A stretch of 63,946 nt of DNA, filler included, from Octopus bimaculoides (GCF_001194135.2; 7 parts of 6 records of this genome joined end to end with filler, not necessarily neighbours in it), one strand, 5' to 3'. Positions 1 through 12,901 are shown, counted from the first letter of the whole stretch. The notes: generated by a model from the letters alone, not told the origin. Numbers and translations are program-made.

Positions 1-50
<50 letters not shown>
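1..50. repeat. (TTA)n microsatellite
   Basis: Pure TTA triplet run. Confidence 0.95.
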
Positions 51-566
51 GAGTGAGAGAGCAGTGCATGCCATCAAAGTGACACTGGGGTAAAATATAC
101 GAAGCCCAGTATATCCATCATGACTACCCATCTGATAAGGGTACACCAGGCACATGCATCACAACTATATGTGCGCATGACCTTGCAGGTGGGATCCAGT
201 TAGAATTTTTTTCAGGTTGAGAAACCCGTCCCACTCAAAAGGTCCCTGAATAAGGTTTGTTTAAGAATGTTGAACAAAACACCCACGTTCCCAGAGTTGA
301 AGTATCCAAACCCCAAAGAATTCCTCTCAATACATGGCTATGATGCTCCCCCACTACTTCTGCTTGTTATCGGAGTTGTACATATCATCAGCCACTAAGG
401 TCAAACTGGTTAAGGTCAAACAACTGGCAAGCAAATCTGTGGTATTGAGCAGAATATATTTTCTGTAGTCCATCTTTTATACCAAGACAAAACAATGTAC
501 ATGATAACACTTCCAATAAGTTAAGGTCAGAAGCCATGAAACCACTGCCTGGTACTGCATCAGGGC
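51..566 (-). mobile_element. Non-coding ~516-bp interspersed element embedded in (TTA)n
   Basis: Complex sequence with sharp ends, TTA tracts on both sides and no ORF. Strand assumed from the (AAT)n tail. Confidence 0.55.
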
Positions 567-570
567 ATTA

Positions 571-627
<57 letters not shown>

Positions 628-642
628 GTTATTATTATTATT
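567..642. repeat. (TTA)n microsatellite
   Basis: TTA run with one TTG interruption. Confidence 0.95.
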
Positions 643-957
643 CGGTAGTTTTATTTTTATAGCGTGCTTTCACTTCACTACCGGGCGAAGCTCTGTGTAC
701 CTTGGGTATGTGCTGTGGTTTGCTGTGATGCTCTTATGGTTACTGTATTGAAAGTGTTTTGCGTAGGATGTGTGCAGTGCCCAGTAGTGTAATTTTCTGT
801 ATGTTATATATACTTGTAAGTCCTGGTGTTTTTGTTGTGCATTTGTCTGAATATTTTTTTATCACACCTAATGCACCCACTATGATAGGAATTGTTTCTG
901 TTTTTAGATTCCACATTCGAGTTACCTCTATTTCCAGGTCTTTGTATTTTGAAAATT
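643..957 (-). mobile_element. R4/Dong-like (RLE-type) non-LTR retrotransposon, 3' end fragment
   Basis: Encodes KYKDLEIEVTRMWNLKTETIPIIVGALGVI...QKITLLGTAHILRK, the C-terminus of a restriction-like endonuclease, followed by a short 3' UTR and (AAT)n. Confidence 0.85.
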
Positions 958-988
958 TATTATTATTATTATTACTGTTATTATTATT

Positions 989-1027
<39 letters not shown>

Positions 1028-1040
1028 GCTGTTGTTATTA
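958..1040. repeat. (TTA)n/(TTG)n compound microsatellite
   Basis: Source of the poly-N and poly-L ORFs in the track. Confidence 0.95.
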
Positions 1041-3078
1041 TTCATTGTCTTTGCACAGCTTCTATCGCTGGAGATGTACTACGGTGCCAGCTGTTCACTA
1101 CCAGTGAACTAAGGTAACACTCCTTATTTTTTGAGCACCATCCGGAGTATTCGAGCGATTCCAAGCTGTTTTCTGCAAGTACTCCATCCTTATTGCAGTC
1201 TCTATTTGTTCCATATATTTATCAAGATTTTCACTTACTGTTCCCAGGGCTCCGACAATTATTGATACTACTACCATCTTTTTCAGCGACCACAACTGCT
1301 TAACCTCCCAAGCTAACCTGCTATATCTATCGACTTTTCTTTCTTCCTTATTGCATACCTTGTTGTTAGCTGGGTATGCTATATCTATGATCCAGCATCG
1401 TTTGCTTTCTTTCTCAATTAACACTATGTCTGGCTTCCTATTGTCTATCATGGTCGCACTGAATCATAAAATCCCATAGGATCTTTGCATTATCATTTTC
1501 GATGATGCCTTCGGGTTTATGTTCGTACCATTCTTTTGCTCTGTCGAGTCCATACTTGTTGCAAAGTGTCCTATGGACAATCCTTGCTATATCGTCATGA
1601 CGTCTCTTATATTCTTTCTGAGCTAGTGGCGTACATTGACTGGTAATATGCCATATGGTTTCAGCATTTTGTCCACAAATTCTGCACTTATCACTTTCTG
1701 ATGTGTTGTCTACTCTGTATTTAATGTAATTCGTTCTTAGTACTTGCTCTTGGGCAGCACAGATTAGAGCCTCCGTTTCCAGTTATAAATCACTTTTAGT
1801 CATCCAAATCCGTCTTTTTTTTTTTTTTTGGTCTGTCTTATCTTCAACATCCCTATGAAATTGTCCATGCATTCTTTTCTTTATCCACCTATTTTCAGTT
1901 TCATTCATTCTCAAGTCCTTGTACAGTACTTTATCTTTGCAATCTTCTATCCTACACAAGCCTGACCTTCTTACTTCCAGTGTTTTCTTCTGCTCTAACG
2001 CTGTGTTNNNNNNNNNNNNNNNNNNNNNNNNNNNNNNNNNNNNNNNNNNNNNNNNNNNNNNNNNNNNNNNNNNNNNNNNNNNNNNNNNNNNNNNNNNNNN
2101 NNNNNNNNNNNNNNNNNNNNNNNNNNNNNNNNNNNNNNNNNNNNNNNNNNNNNNNNNNNNNNNNNNNNNNNNNNNNNNNNNNNNNNNNNNNNNNNNNNNN
2201 NNNNNNNNNNNNNNNNNNNNNNNNNNNNNNNNNNNNNNNNNNNNNNNNNNNNNNNNNNNNNNNNNNNNNNNNNNNNNNNNNNNNNNNNNNNNNNNNNNNN
2301 NNNNNNNNNNNNNNNNNNNNNNNNNNNNNNNNNNNNNNNNNNNNNNNNNNNNNNNNNNNNNNCATCTACTGGCCATGCGATTACCCCTGCTCCATATCTA
2401 AGGAGTGAAACCGCTCAGGTGTTGATAGCTTCAATCTTATTCCATCTGTTTAATTTCGACTTAAGGATCAATCTCAGTCTGTGTAAGTACTTCACCTTAA
2501 ATTTTTCTGTCATTTCTCCATCAATTTATCTATTTCCAAAATCCCCAAGTACTTATAGCCCGTCTCTTCTATCTGCTTCATAACCTCCCCGACGGTATCG
2601 CTAGCCCGTCCATACATTTCATTTTGCCTCTCTTCAAGACTAACACACTACACTTTTTCAGTCCGAACTTCGTTCTGATATCAGCACAAGGTATACACCG
2701 TATCAACGAGGGAACTGACTTTGGATTCTTCTTTACCTTAAAGTTTGAGGTCATCCATGAATAACAAGTGGTTGACTTTTTGTCGGCGGCTTTTGAATAC
2801 ATACCCGGCTTTTGCTTTCCTCAGAATCAGTGCTATTGGTATCATGCACAGTACAAAGATCAGTGGAGACAGACAGTCCCCTTGGTAGATGCCTCTTCTG
2901 ATTCCTATTGTCCCTAAACTTCTTCCATATGCTGTCAGTTCCATCCTCCACTTCGCCATACTTTTTCCAAGCAATCGCTCAACATTCGATGCAATACCAA
3001 ATAGTTTCATACATTCCATAATCCAAGAATGTGGGATCATATCGTATACCTTATGATAATTGATCCATGACATGGCTA
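1041..3078 (-). mobile_element. R4/Dong-like RLE LINE, 5'-truncated and decayed (RT, CCHC knuckle, RLE)
   Basis: RT motifs RRGIYQGDCLSPLIF and NHLLFMDDLKL (2738-3073). Knuckle CRICGQNAETIWHITSQC and RHDDIAR (~1590-1690). RLE motif RKPDIVLI...IIDIAYP (1098-1451). Stops, frameshifts and a gap at 2008-2362. Confidence 0.9.
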
Positions 3079-3081
3079 AGT

Positions 3082-3094
3082 TACTATTATTACT

Positions 3095-3137
<43 letters not shown>

Positions 3138-3210
3138 CCATTATTATTATTGGTGTTATTGTTATTGTTATAACCATCATCATCATCATCATCATCATCA
3201 TCATTTTTAT
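3082..3210. repeat. (TTA)/(TCA)n compound triplet microsatellite
   Basis: Alternating ATC and TTA runs. Confidence 0.9.
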
Positions 3211-3300
3211 TAAGGCAGCGACGAAATGCTGCGAAGCATTTTGTCCGTCTTAAAGACGTTCTGAGTTCAAATTCTGCCGACTTTGCCTTTCATCCTTTCG
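3210..3300 (+). mobile_element. tRNA-derived SINE (Meta-domain-like family), 5' part
   Basis: Matches the intact copy at 29200-29380 up to CTTTCATCCTTTCG, then stops abruptly. Confidence 0.75.
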
Positions 3301-6300
3301 CATGTAGGGCACTGCCCAAGGATTTATGACGGAAGAACGGTAGACAGGAACTTCGCTGCAGGTCAGCCAGGGAACTGGTCTGCATTGAAGTGGACTTCCG
3401 ATTAGGCGGGAGTTCTACGAAGCATGAGTTGACCAACGCCTCTCACCCTCATGTGTTTAATTAAATAAATCTTTCATCGACAAACTCTAGTGCTCTGTAG
3501 AGCCACAGATGCCTCAGCCTCAGAGCCAAGGCATCCCTAGCCCACCCTTTAACGGTTGTTGGCAGCAAATAGAGCGACTTACAAGCGGTTTCAAGCCCTG
3601 CCACAAAAAGTGGAAGAGCTGTCTTTCCAACTTGGTCAACCACGAATCCGGGCAAGGAACAACGGTTAGGCGGTAGATGATGACCAATGCGATAAACACA
3701 TTGGCTACTTCCGCCCTCCCTTTCAGGGATAGCCGCTGCCAAGACCAGGTCTTGGCTGTGCAGGCCACCCTGCTCGATACCTCGCCCCAGTTCATCTCTA
3801 TTTGGAAGTCTGGTCCGAACCAAACGCCTAGCAACTTAATCGGACCCTCCGTCCAACGTCCCACGACTTGCCTCTCCAGGTGCCGAGCTGCAAGCCGACT
3901 GACTTTTCACGATTAACCTTTGCTCCTGCCACCGTCTCGTAGTCTTTGATGGCCTTGCCTACTTTCTGTAGGTGGTCCATTTCGAATACGATGATGGTGA
4001 TGTCATCCGCGTAAGCTGAAAACGATGCTCCACAACCTGGCTGTCTCGGGATGTCGCTCAGTTTTCGCAATAATGGCTCAAGAGCCATCACATACAAAAG
4101 CAGGGAGAGCGGACACCCTTGACGAACCGAGCACTTGATGCTGAACGGCTTAGATAGAAAGCCGTTCACCCGAACTACCGAGTCGCTGTTGTCATACATT
4201 TGAATGATCCACCTGAGGAAGCCAAGACCCAGGCCGAACTGCACCAGAACGGACACCAGGTAGTGATGACCGACCCTATCAAAAGCTTTTGATTGGTCTA
4301 AATGGACCACTGCCCCTCTCTTGCCGGTACCGTTATTAAACCCCTCTATCGTGTATCGTATAAGGTGGAGACTGTCCTGAATGGATCTGTAGGGTATGGC
4401 ACATGTCTGTGCCCCCCCCCCCAATCAGTCCATCCGCGACATGCGCCAACCTTTTCGATAACACTTTAGCCAAAATCTTCAGCTCTACGTTAAGCAGAGT
4501 GATGGGCCTAAAATTATCAATGACGGGTCCTTTCTGACGAGCGTCGTCACCACTCCCCGGCGAACAGATCTGGAGATAAACCCATTCTGTTGCCAGTTCG
4601 CGTATNNNNNNNNNNNNNNNNNNNNNNNNNNNNNNNNNNNNNNNNNNNNNNNNNNNNNNNNNNNNNNNNNNNNNNNNNNNNNNNNNNNNNNNNNNNNNNN
4701 NNNNNNNNNNNNNNNNNNNNNNNNNNNNNNNNNNNNNNNNNNNNNNNNNNNNNNNNNNNNNNNNNNNNNNNNNNNNNNNNNNNNNNNNNNNNNNNNNNNN
4801 NNNNNNNNNNNNNNNNNNNNNNNNNNNNNNNNNNNNNNNNNNNNNNNNNNNNNNNNNNNNNNNNNNNNNNNNNNNNNNNNNNNNNNNNNNNNNNNNNNNN
4901 NNNNNNNNNNNNNNNNNNNNNNNNNNNNNNNNNNNNNNNNNNNNNNNNNNNNNNNNNNNNNNNNNNNNNNNNNNNNNNNNNNNNNNNNNNNNNNNNNNNN
5001 NNNNNNNNNNNNNNNNNNNNNNNNNNNNNNNNNNNNNNNNNNNNNNNNNNNNNNNNNNNNNNNNNNNNNNNNNNNNNNNNNGAAGTGGTCCTGAATGGCC
5101 TTACACATCTCTTCGGGTTCGTCTATCAAATTACCTTGTTAGTTCGGCAAAGATCGAATAGTGCATTGTTGCCACGCTGAGCTTCCACCACTCGGGTCCA
5201 TCTTGCGGCATTAATTCCCTCGCACCCCATTGCACGTTGTCTAGCCCTGACAATACTACCCAAGTGTTGGCTTTCGAGGTACTGATTTAAAATCAGCCTC
5301 TTGGACTTCACCAGAGCCGCAGTGCCAGTTCGCATTGCTTCCTCTCTAAGTCCTTAAGTAGTACTGATCCCTTTCTAGCTTCTCTAGCCACTAAACCTGC
5401 GCTATATCTAATAGACTCGTATTTAATGACTCGCTTGAGGGCATACCACCATTTGTTGTTAATAATGGCTCGTGTTAGTGCCCTCTGGATCAACATCTTA
5501 ATCCGGTCTCTGTACTCCTTAATCGCCAAAAGGGACGTATTAAGTTTCCAGTAGTCGGGACCTCTGTTTACCTTATCTATGTCTAGCTTACACGTGACCA
5601 TTTTATGATCACTGTAGCTGACCATGTAGAACTATGGACAATTAGCTATCTTTGTATCTATTTTTCTAATTAATATTCTATCTATGTATGACCTGGAAGA
5701 TCCGTCACTGCTTGACCATGTCCACGATGGAGTGTTCGGATGTTCCAACCTATATGGATCAACCAGCTCGAAACGTCTTAGTAGATCCAGGAAGCAAGCA
5801 TTATCTTTTCTATCAGTGCACGAGTCAACATAATCTACGCGCGCATCGCAGATTGTGTTAAAGTCTCCTAGTACAACGAAAGAATGTGATGTACCGAGAA
5901 ACTTCTGTAGATTCAAAAAATAATCACTTTGCCCCGACCCTTGTTGAGATGCATAAATTGCCACCAGTCTGATGGTCTTACCACAGCTGCACGTCAAGTC
6001 GATGACGACCAGCCTACCCTCTGGGTCTGAAAAAAAATCAGCTTTTTCTCCGAAGCCCGGTTTCTTTTAACCAGGACCAATACCCTGCTTCCGCTGGGAG
6101 GGCAGCCTGGAGAGANNNNNNNNNNNNNNNNNNNNNNNNNNNNNNNNNNNNNNNNNNNNNNNNNNNNNNNNNNNNNNNNNNNNNNNNNNNNNNNNNNNNN
6201 NNNNNNNNNNNNNNNNNNNNNNNNNNNNNNNNNNNNNNNNNNNNNNNNNNNNNNNNNNNNNNNNNNNNNNNNNNNNNNNNNNNNNNNNNNNNNNNNNNNN

Positions 6301-8232
6301 NNNNNNNNNNNNNNNNNNNNNNNNNNNNNNNNNNNNNNNNNNNNNNNNNNNNNNNNNNNNNNNNNNNNNNNNNNNNNNNNNNNNNNNNNNNNNNNNNNNN
6401 NNNNNNNNNNNNNNNNNNNNNNNNNNNNNNNNNNNNNNNNNNNNNNNNNNNNNNNNNNNNNNNNNNNNNNNNNNNNNNNNNNNNNNNNNNNNNNNNNNNN
6501 NNNNNNNNNNNNNNNNNNNNNNNNNNNNNNNNNNNNNNNNNNNNNNNNNNNNNNNNNNNNNNNNNNNNNNNNNNNNNNNNNNNNNNNNNNNNNNNNNNNN
6601 NNNNNNNNNNNNNNNNNNNNNNNNNNNNNNNNNNNNNNNNNNNNNNNNNNNNNNNNNNNNNNNNNNNNNNNNNNNNNNNNNNNNNNNNNNNNNNNNNNNN
6701 NNNNNNNNNNNNNNNNNNNNNNNNNNNNNNNNNGGGGAGTGGGGATACCCTCTGGTATCTGGGGCTGGACGGGGAGGATTCTGGTGTTCTATGGGGGAGT
6801 GGTGAGGGGTTATTTCTCTTTTCCTCGTTGGGGCTTTCTTTTTGGATGTACTGGGGTTGGGTGCAGTCAAGCTAGTATTTTTCCTCTTTGAGATCTTTTT
6901 TTTTTTGGCCTTGCTTCCTGCCAACTTTCTTTGTCCCCGGCTTGTTGTATTTCCTCCGTGCCGGGGTCCTGGTGGTTTGTTTTTTGGTTTTGTTGGTCCT
7001 CTTTGTTTTCTTCTTCCTTTCTGAGGGTGGGGCAATAGGCTCAAATGTGGCCCTTTTCCCCACATTCATAGCATCTGGGCCTCCTCCCCTCCACCATCAC
7101 TCGCAGGGTGGTTTCCTCGCCAATATGTATATTTTCTACAATGTCTTCTAAAGTCTGTGGGGCCGCCTGGATAATTACCCCCAGCCCCTGACCTCGCCAT
7201 ATTTGTTCTTGGGTCCTTCACGCCTCAATTATGGTTATCTTATCTTCTAACCCCATTAGGAGCGCTGAACATAACTATGAGACGTCTATCTCAGGAGGTA
7301 TTTCGTCTATCTTAATTTTTGACGTTCTTCTTCCGAGGTATGTGGATAGTAATACTATCTCATTGGTTCTCAACGGCGATATTGAGTGATATTTTTGCCT
7401 TCTCTTCCGCCTTGAAATATACGACAACTGTGGCATATTTTCTTCCTCTGGTTATGAACTCTATGTCACTCCAGATTGGTTGTAGACACTTTTCTATTTG
7501 TTCATGAGTTGCTTTTTCAATCTTTTATCTTTTATTATCATTGTTTTGAATACAATGATTCTCTTTTGCGTTTGTTGTATCAGTTCGCTTGGGAGGGTCG
7601 CTGTCATGTCACACCCCTCCCATGCAAACATATTTGTGTGTTTCAATAACACACTTGGTTCAATACTCAATTTTTCCTTCTTTATTCCTGCGGCAGCAGC
7701 AAAGTTTACTTTGGTTTTTTCAGATTGGTTTCCATTTTCAACTTGGTTTTCATTTTTTGACGAATCTATTTTTTCCATAGTTGTTTCGTTTTTTGACATA
7801 TTGTTTTTTTCTTTTGTTGGAGGCACGTCTTCAACATTCATTTTTTTTAATAACAAAAATTAATTATTTATTTTCCCCTCCTTACGGAGGAGAACAGCAG
7901 TTCACTACGTCTGTCGAGAGACAGCACACAGGCTTCAACAATTCAACAAGCAAACAAATAATATAGATCCAACAACAATTATTAAACAACTTTAAACAAC
8001 TTACAGTAAAAACAGACGACAAACGCAAAACTCCACTGTTGGTACTCAAAAATTTTTCACAACTCACCACTCTGGAGCTCTACTCAAACACGTGCTATCC
8101 AGTTAAAGGCCTGTGCAAAGTCTCATGGCAATGAACAGTCACCAAAGAGCCGAGTAACTATACGCACGGGGAGGGCAGTTATAACGCATTCCCGGTTCCA
8201 ATGACAGTTAATAGTTCTAGTGGGGAGCTATA
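3301..8232 (-). mobile_element. Tx1/L1-like non-LTR retrotransposon, near full length, decayed (ORF1 zinc knuckle; ORF2 APE and RT)
   Basis: ORF1 starts ~7856 with knuckle PRCYECGEKGHI*AYCP (~7035-7085). APE motifs GVLVLV, DPEGR, LVAIYA, VLGDFN, YIDRIL, SDHK (5600-6115). RT motifs LDQSKAFDRV, VRQGCPLS, AYADDIT (3828-4424). Gaps at 4606-5081 and 6116-6733. Confidence 0.9.
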
Positions 8233-8410
8233 TGTAAGGCACTGCCCAAGGATTTATGATGGACGTACTGTAGCGGGCTAGTTAGGGAGCTGGTCTGCAG
8301 TGAAGTGGACTTCCGGTTAAGCAGGACTTCTACGAAGCATGAGTTCACAGACGGCGTCGCCCTCATATGTTCAACTAAATAAATCTTTCATCAACACACT
8401 CTGGTTCTCC
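8233..8410 (-). repeat. Diverged direct repeat of 3303-3490
   Basis: Shared blocks GGCACTGCCCAAGGATTTATGA, GAAGTGGACTTCCG, TTCTACGAAGCATGAGTT and TAAATAAATCTTTCATC; roughly 75% identity by eye. Confidence 0.85.
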
Positions 8411-8451
8411 GTTGATTTATTTTTTGGTGTATAGTTTAACTGAAAGCTGTA

Positions 8452-8550
8452 CGGGGTTGAGAAATAAAGTATCAGTGAAACACTGGGGTTGATGTAATCG
8501 ACTAGTTCCCGCCCCACAAATTTCAGGCCTTGTACTTTTAGTAGAAAAGA
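8452..8550 (+). mobile_element. tRNA-derived SINE (Meta-domain-like), 3' part
   Basis: GGGGTTGAGAAATAAAGTATCAGTGAAACACTGGGGTTGATGTAATCGAC continues the SINE consensus from where 3210-3300 stops. Confidence 0.7.
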
Positions 8551-9377
8551 TTATCATTATTGTTGTTGTTGTTGTTGTTTAAGTATTTTCCGTAAAATGA
8601 TTTTAATTTTTTAAATCTTTAGTTTCCTTTTATGCTAAATTTATAAGTTTTAACTTTAGTTCAAATTTTAATCTGTAATCCATTTAATGGTTTAAGATTT
8701 AAAACTCTTTTAATGAGTTTAATTTGAAATTATATCCGGTCTCCAATATTACTTGAATTTAAACAACTCAACTTGACTTTGTTTTATTCCAACCTCACAT
8801 CTCTCAGTATTTTATAACCTAGCTAATCAGAGCTTTCTCAACCTCTACATCATAATATGATTACTACTGATATTTCATTCATTTTCTAATAAAATTCCCC
8901 TACTATGCTTGATAGTACCAATGAACAAATATTAAAGACTTAAGTTGATGTGTGTAAATGACACGTTAAATTTCAACACATTTGGAGAATAATGCAAAAA
9001 TGGTCATGTGTTTTGACCTTGTTACAAACACTAATGTTTCATGACTGTCCTTTTCCCAAATTTCAGCCATCCTCCCGCCCCTCTATTATTTCTTTCCTTC
9101 TCTTCACCTTATTGTAACTTGTCTTCCTCTTTTTCTCTATTCTACTTGTTTACTTCTCTCTTTTCCTTCCTCCCCCATGTATGTGTTCTGCTTTGTTATA
9201 ACCAGAAATAGCTCTGACAGCATTAATTTTATTAGGTCGTTCAATTTTTCTCATCTGATCAATAGACCAATTGAGTAAAACTATCAGTAACGTAACTATA
9301 ATGACTACTGGAAACAGCTGTAAGCCAAATTTACTGCAATAAAGAAAAAATATGTAATGACTATTATTTATACCTTG

Positions 9378-9432
<55 letters not shown>

Positions 9433-9546
9433 AGCCATACTTATAGACATACATATACGCTCGCGCGCGCGTGCATGTGCATGGATAGCTAGACTGATAT
9501 ACNNNNNNNNNNNNNNNNNNNNNNNNNNNNNNNNNNNNNNNNNNNN

Positions 9547-9558
9547 TTAATTAATTAA
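9547..9558. other. Synthetic TTAATTAATTAA scaffold spacer inside an N gap (also 29582, 52289, 56510, 59485, 62671)
   Basis: The identical 12-mer, with stop codons in all six frames, sits centred in N runs six times. Confidence 0.9.
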
Positions 9559-9620
9559 NNNNNNNNNNNNNNNNNNNNNNNNNNNNNNNNNNNNNNNNNN
9601 NNCATATATATACATATATA

Positions 9621-9783
9621 CGACGGGCTTCTTTCAGTTTCCGTCTACCAAATCCACTCACAAGGCTTTGGTCGGCCCGAGGCTATAGTAGAAGACACTT
9701 GCCCAAGGTGCCACGCAGTGGGACTGAACCCGGGACCATGTGGTTGGTAAGCAAGCTACTTACCACGCAGCCACTCCTGCGCC
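9621..9783 (-). mobile_element. tRNA-headed CORE-like SINE (OR2-like), 5' part
   Basis: Minus strand has A-box TGGCTGCGTGG, B-box GGGTTCAGTCCC, then CCTTGGGCAAGTGTCTT resembling the CORE domain. Confidence 0.75.
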
Positions 9784-9826
<43 letters not shown>

Positions 9827-10107
9827 TATTATTATTATTATTATTATTATTAGTAGTAGTATTATTATTAAACTCAACAAAGACAGGCTAGCTGTCGAAA
9901 TGTCGCTCAACCAATAACCAAGTGCCTTTTCATCTTTCCCTTTTTTTCCAACTACAGGCATATGCTCAGGGCAGGCTTGTTCACCTGCACCATTCTCCCC
10001 ATTTTCATTTATCTTTCAGTAAATTGGCTAAAAGACAACACTTCCCTCTCTACTTCTATTTTCCTTTTCAAGTGAGACTTGAAGAAGTTTATCAGGGATT
10101 GACCAAA

Positions 10108-10230
10108 AAGAAGTGTTTGTCTTCAGCCCCATTTCTGTTGTTTTAGGTGCTCTGAGAGTGATCAAGAAAGGTACAGACAAGTTTTTGACCAGATCTCTGG
10201 GAAACCAACAAACCTCCCACATTCTCAAGT
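10108..10230 (+). mobile_element. R4/Dong-like RLE C-terminal remnant
   Basis: PISVVLGALRVIKKGTDKFL resembles IPIIVGALGVIKK at 643-957. Confidence 0.55.
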
Positions 10231-10429
10231 TTCTCTCCATCTAATGTATACGTGCATTAGGTCTCTGGCCGAGACCCGGTGGGAAGATGAAATAAAATGC
10301 AAATAAATCTGAAAAAAAAAAATAATAATAAAGAAAGAAAAGCGAAGTTGCTTACTTATCGACCTACTATGCCCGTTTGATACCATGATCGTAAAGAAAG
10401 AGGAAGAAAAACAAAGAAAATACAATCCC

Positions 10430-10600
10430 TTAAAATTTCAAATAGGAAGAATTTGGAGCATACGAACAGTAAAGGTCGTTCTTATAATGATTGATGTGTT
10501 GGGAACAGTAAACAAAGATGAAAACAAATGGCTGAAGGAGACTGAAATAGATTACGAAAATATCAAATTCATAATCGGGGAAAACTCATACAAATAGCAA
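10430..10600 (+). mobile_element. R4/Dong-like RLE C-terminal remnant
   Basis: QIGRIWSIRTVKVVLIMIDVLGTVNKDENKWL resembles the RLE tail at 1098-1300. Confidence 0.55.
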
Positions 10601-10899
10601 CAGAACAAGTACAAAACAAAAAACTGTTTACTCTTTTTCCCGTCTTCAGGGAAGCAGAAAAATACAAAACAGAGGCTACAATAATTGATAAAATATGAAG
10701 AAAAAAAAAGAAACAAGAACAACTGTTAAACAGCTAAAGTGTTAGGTAAAACTGGGATTACAAAATACCATGATAAACCTTTGGCAAGAAAAGCCTCTCC
10801 ATTACAAATATTAGAATAAGCTAAACAGAAAAGAAATAGACAAAGTGAAAAACAAAGTAAAAAACACTGGTTGAGAATCGTTGGAGTCAGAGCAGAGAT

Positions 10900-11610
10900 T
10901 GAAAGTTCTTAATTGCGACCCAAGATCAATGTTTCCTCACCAGAAACTACCAAAATCATATAATGAAGCAGAATGCAGTAACTACATGATATATGGTGAT
11001 GGGAAAGAAACAACAAATTATATGGTCTCTGGCTGCCCAGACTTGGACAGGAAGGAATATATCCACAAACATAACAGACTTGGGACTTACACTGGAAATT
11101 GTGCCAGTGCTATGGAATGCTAACAGAAAAGAGAGCATGTAGGCATACCTAAAAAAAGGTAACAGAAAATGACGAAACAACCATACCCTGGGTTATGGCA
11201 AGACACACAAATAGGGAAACCGAGGCTGATCAGCCAGATATTATTATGCAGGGCTAGCAAACAAATATCTCCTAATCAACATATCAGTCCCAAAAGATGA
11301 CTATGTATCTCTAAATAAAATGGAAAAACTATCTAAATACAAACATCTGGAAATAGAAGTAACCTGAATGTTCGGTGTGAAAACACAAGCAACAGGAGCT
11401 TTGGAAACGATAAAAAAGAACTGCAGATAAATACATCACCAAAACCCTTAGGACTTACGAACATGTATAACAAACAGGAAATAGCGCTGATAGACACCAC
11501 AAACATATTCCGGAGAGCCATTTCAATACGATAAGAATAACCCCAAAACAAAACATAACTTATACCCAAGGCACGCAGACCTGTGCTCGGTTGAGCAGTG
11601 GAAGCACGCG
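10900..11610 (+). mobile_element. R4/Dong-like LINE 3' remnant (knuckle, RLE, 3' UTR)
   Basis: ETTNYMVSGCPDLDRKEYIHKHN, then KYKHLEIEVT; 3' UTR TACCCAAGGCACGCAG...AAGCACGCGATAG resembles 643-720. Confidence 0.75.
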
Positions 11611-11619
11611 ATAGAAACA

Positions 11620-11810
11620 AAACTACTGGGGTGGCGGGGTTAGTCGGTTGCATCAATTCCAGTGCTAAACTGATACTTATTTCATAGACCCAGAAAGGAT
11701 GAAGGCAAAGTCGACCTCGGTATCATTTGAACTCAGAACGTAAAGGCGGACGGAATGCCACTAAATAATATCTCCGGCAAGTTAACGATCCTGTCAGTTG
11801 GCCACCTCAA
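11620..11810 (-). mobile_element. Meta-domain-like SINE, decayed
   Basis: GAAAGGATGAAGGCAAAGTCGACCTCGG...TTTGAACTCAGAACG. Confidence 0.7.
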
Positions 11811-12094
11811 GTCAACTAAATAAGGATATGTATGTATAAAGATGTATATAGATATGTATATGCACGTATACATATATGAATGCTTATACATATATGTATG
11901 CATAAATTCAATAATGAGATCAAAAATCTTTTACAAGAATTTTATCAGGAAGCTAGTGTGCAAAAAAATTCATAAGGGAAATTTCTATTCCCAAGAAAGG
12001 GCATTACTACAGAATAAAAATGTATATGTGCATAAACACACACACACACACACACACACACGTATATAGACGCTCATACACACACATTTGCGTG

Positions 12095-12320
12095 CGCGTG
12101 TCTCTGCTTTTGTCCCTGCCACCACTTGACAACCGGTGCGATGCTGGTTCGCTTGCGTACCCGTAATTTAGCGGTTCACTAAATGAGATAAGTAAGAAGG
12201 TTAGTAGACTTTAAAAAAAATAAGTACGAAGGTCGGTTTGATCGAGTAAACAAAGTCTTCAAGGAGACACCCCAGGGTGATTGCAATCTGATGACTGAAA
12301 CTAGTAAAGGAATAGAATAT
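12095..12320 (+). mobile_element. CORE-like (OR2-like) SINE 3' part, decayed
   Basis: CTTGACAACCG...CCGTAATTTAGCGGTTC...ATGACTGAAAC resembles the tail of 41960-42330. Confidence 0.55.
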
Positions 12321-12864
12321 GCAATAAAATAAGCTTTAAAATTCTCTGATATCTATGTAATATTTTAAAATTTTCTGTTTCTTATGATTAGCTTGCGAAT
12401 AAAATAGTATTAATCATAATTTATTCGAAATTCATTTAGGAATACAATTTAAGCTCACAAGATCTCTACGCTTTAAAAGCTATTTACAAATATTAACATC
12501 TATATATATATATATATATATACACACACATACATATATATATATATACATATATGTATANNNNNNNNNNNNNNNNNNNNNNNNNNNNNNNNNNNNNNNN
12601 NNNNNNNNNNNNNNNNNNNNNNNNNNNNNNNNNNNNNNNNNNNNNNNNNNNNNNNNNNNNNNNNNNNNNNNNNNNNNNNNNNNNNNNNNNNNNNNNNNNN
12701 NNNNNNNNNNNNNNNNNNNNNNNNNNNNNNNNNNNNNNNNNNNNNNNNNNNNNNNNNNNNNNNNNNNNNNNNNNNNNNNNNNNNNNNNNNNNNNNNNNNN
12801 NNNNNNNNNNNNNNNNNNNNNNNNNNNNNNNNNNNNNNNNNNNNNNNNNNNNNNNNNNNNNNNN

Positions 12865-12901
<37 letters not shown>

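Noticed and set aside
12285-12305. CTGATGACTGAAAC resembling a hammerhead core
   Set aside because: No room for stem II, and it matches the ordinary SINE tail ATGACTGAAAC.
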